Below are positions 62,701 through 64,000 of a stretch of DNA of 64,000 bases, in pieces (position 1 is the first letter of the stretch; each line of letters opens with the position of its first letter). The notes under the pieces were generated by a model. That model saw only the letters and a program-made list of their open reading frames with translations, had not been told where the DNA came from and searched no databases. Both the position numbers and the translations under genes were made by a program. The DNA lies in NCBI GenBank assembly GCA_002633005.1, contig NMRA01000291.1, positions 169,086 through 233,085 of the forward strand, read 5' to 3'. Origin of the DNA: Phoronis australis. Taxonomy: Eukaryota; Animalia; Phoronida.

Positions 62701-63053
62701 ACTAGCGGTGCTGTTTTGGATGACCCCTTTTGCACAAACCTTTTGAATATGACGTCTCACGCTAAAAATGACGTTAGTAACAATCTTAATGCAATATCAG
62801 TTGTACACGTGAACATTAATTGCTTGATTTTTTAACACATTAGATACCGGTATATTCCATTACCAGATTCATCCGACTGTTCCTGACAATCGACGTCCTC
62901 CAACACAATGTTAGCCACCTGATTCTTCAAGAGGGTAACTAGTTCGTCCAGTCTCGTCGTGTTGCCAGGTTCAATGTCCACGTGAATCTCTACAGCCGAG
63001 TCAGTTCGACGAGATTGTCGAGACTCAATGTGGACAACATTCATCTTCTTTTC
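53993..63053 (-). CDS. TPH: Tryptophan hydroxylase (aromatic amino acid hydroxylase); N-terminal exon(s) beyond the window
   Basis: Eight phase-consistent exons: 63053-62864 (ACT domain, HIESR), 61099-60925, 60537-60388, 58860-58678, 57382-57256, 56307-56212, 55160-55027 and 54170-53993. Iron ligands are in CHELLGH and VEFG. TPH-diagnostic residues: [33 protein letters not shown], and [10 protein letters not shown] (PAH and TH have YWFT). Confidence 0.95.
56095..56176. repeat. Degenerate (CTA/CTG)n trinucleotide repeat in a TPH intron
   Basis: Direct reading of the sequence. Confidence 0.8.
59727..59835. repeat. (ATT)n microsatellite in a TPH intron
   Basis: Direct reading of the sequence. 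It explains the poly-Ile ORF. Confidence 0.95.
61826..61935 (+). repeat. Interspersed repeat fragment shared with ~32736-32860
   Basis: Shared ...gctgtc.tcatctcc...aggaaac.gcgc...cgtgtcacgagcgta...aaaacga.gaca...ttttctttgttacaa. Confidence 0.65.
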
Positions 63054-64000
63054 CTGCAGGCGGCCAATATAAAGACTTAGAAACGAGTTTGACGGGAGAG
63101 TAGAGTAGGGCTTAACGCACCACTAAGAACAAGTCCAAACGCAATTGCGGGGCCTAGAGTGATGGGTGATCGTCTGCTGCCTTCATTTAAATTTTAACCA
63201 TTTTTATTACAAATAGTGGTAGCAACAGTCAGTGGAGGGTTATTGATGAATGTAACTAAGTTGTAGCTTAAAAGGATGCCACACCCGGTTTTGACCTATC
63301 AAAACAGATACTATTAAAAACGACTATCCTATCCAGTTCTCTGAAACAAAATAATGCTCTGAAACTCTCGACAACCTTCAAAAGTTTGGAGCAAAATTAA
63401 GTCTGCTAAACGGGCAAGCGCGACCCAGGCTTTTCATTAGCGAATTACACGGCAACTGCTTTGTATGACACGTGACGCCACCCTAGCATTGCTATCCGCA
63501 ATAAGTTGCATGGCCCAGTACTTCCTCCGGCGACAGGGGTAGGGATTGCGCTGATTCATTTGAGGCAGTATTTTCAATCAATTAAGGTGACTAATTGTAG
63601 AAGAGTAGACAAGTCACTTCTTTTAAAAGCCGGCTTGGGAGGCGCAGGCTTCAAGATAAGTCGGGACTCAGACCAGAATCAAACATGCTTCCGATACTCC
63701 CATATAATCTCGTATTTGAGCGGATATTGCAGTATAGCTGTATCACCTGTGCCCAGTATTCGATATCAAAAATCGAACTTCAGTTTGTTTATTGTATTGT
63801 CCGCTCTATTTCTTGAACTCAAGATAAGCTTGTGATTTCAAAATAAACTTTAGTTCATTAAATGCAAACTTGGACTATGTACTTGATCTGTGTACACCAA
63901 GATTTTCAGACGGTTAACTAGAATTTAAACCTGAAGAGGCACTAAATCCAGTTTTATCCAAGAGACCGGACCATTAGTTAATTTCATTCAACCCTATCAG

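Noticed and set aside
53993-63053. Assignment as TH or PAH (it shares [17 protein letters not shown] with TH)
   Set aside because: The specificity-linked residues are TPH-type: [21 protein letters not shown] and CYFFT.
63268-64000. TTAA-AAGGATGCCACACCC, a possible left end of another Kolobok element
   Set aside because: There is no matching right end or coding remnant within the window.

Overview
AT-rich, intron-containing animal DNA, most likely from an invertebrate (the organism cannot be fixed from sequence alone). Host genes were read by joining GT-AG exons in phase. They are: (1) the last three exons of a coiled-coil protein gene (+, 377-2028); (2) a four-exon-or-longer protein kinase gene with an atypical catalytic loop, VLINDVKWDN (+, 10794-14162); (3) two paralogous but strongly diverged insulin/relaxin-superfamily prepropeptide genes (+, 24923-29987 and 43727-46337), which the ORF track shows only as fragments; and (4) tryptophan hydroxylase (-, 53993-63053, 5' end beyond the window), convergent on the insulin-like pair. 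The insulin-like pair beside TPH is the most interesting feature and recalls the vertebrate INS/IGF2-TH and IGF1-PAH linkages. The rest is a dense transposon landscape. It includes a 5'-truncated DIRS/Ngaro-type retroelement with intact ORFs, three TTAA-type Kolobok derivatives (one with its empty site present in the window), and two copies of a THAP/P-like element. It also includes a decayed LINE, Penelope-like remnants with hammerhead-like motifs, a palindromic double tRNA-like element, MITEs and simple repeats.
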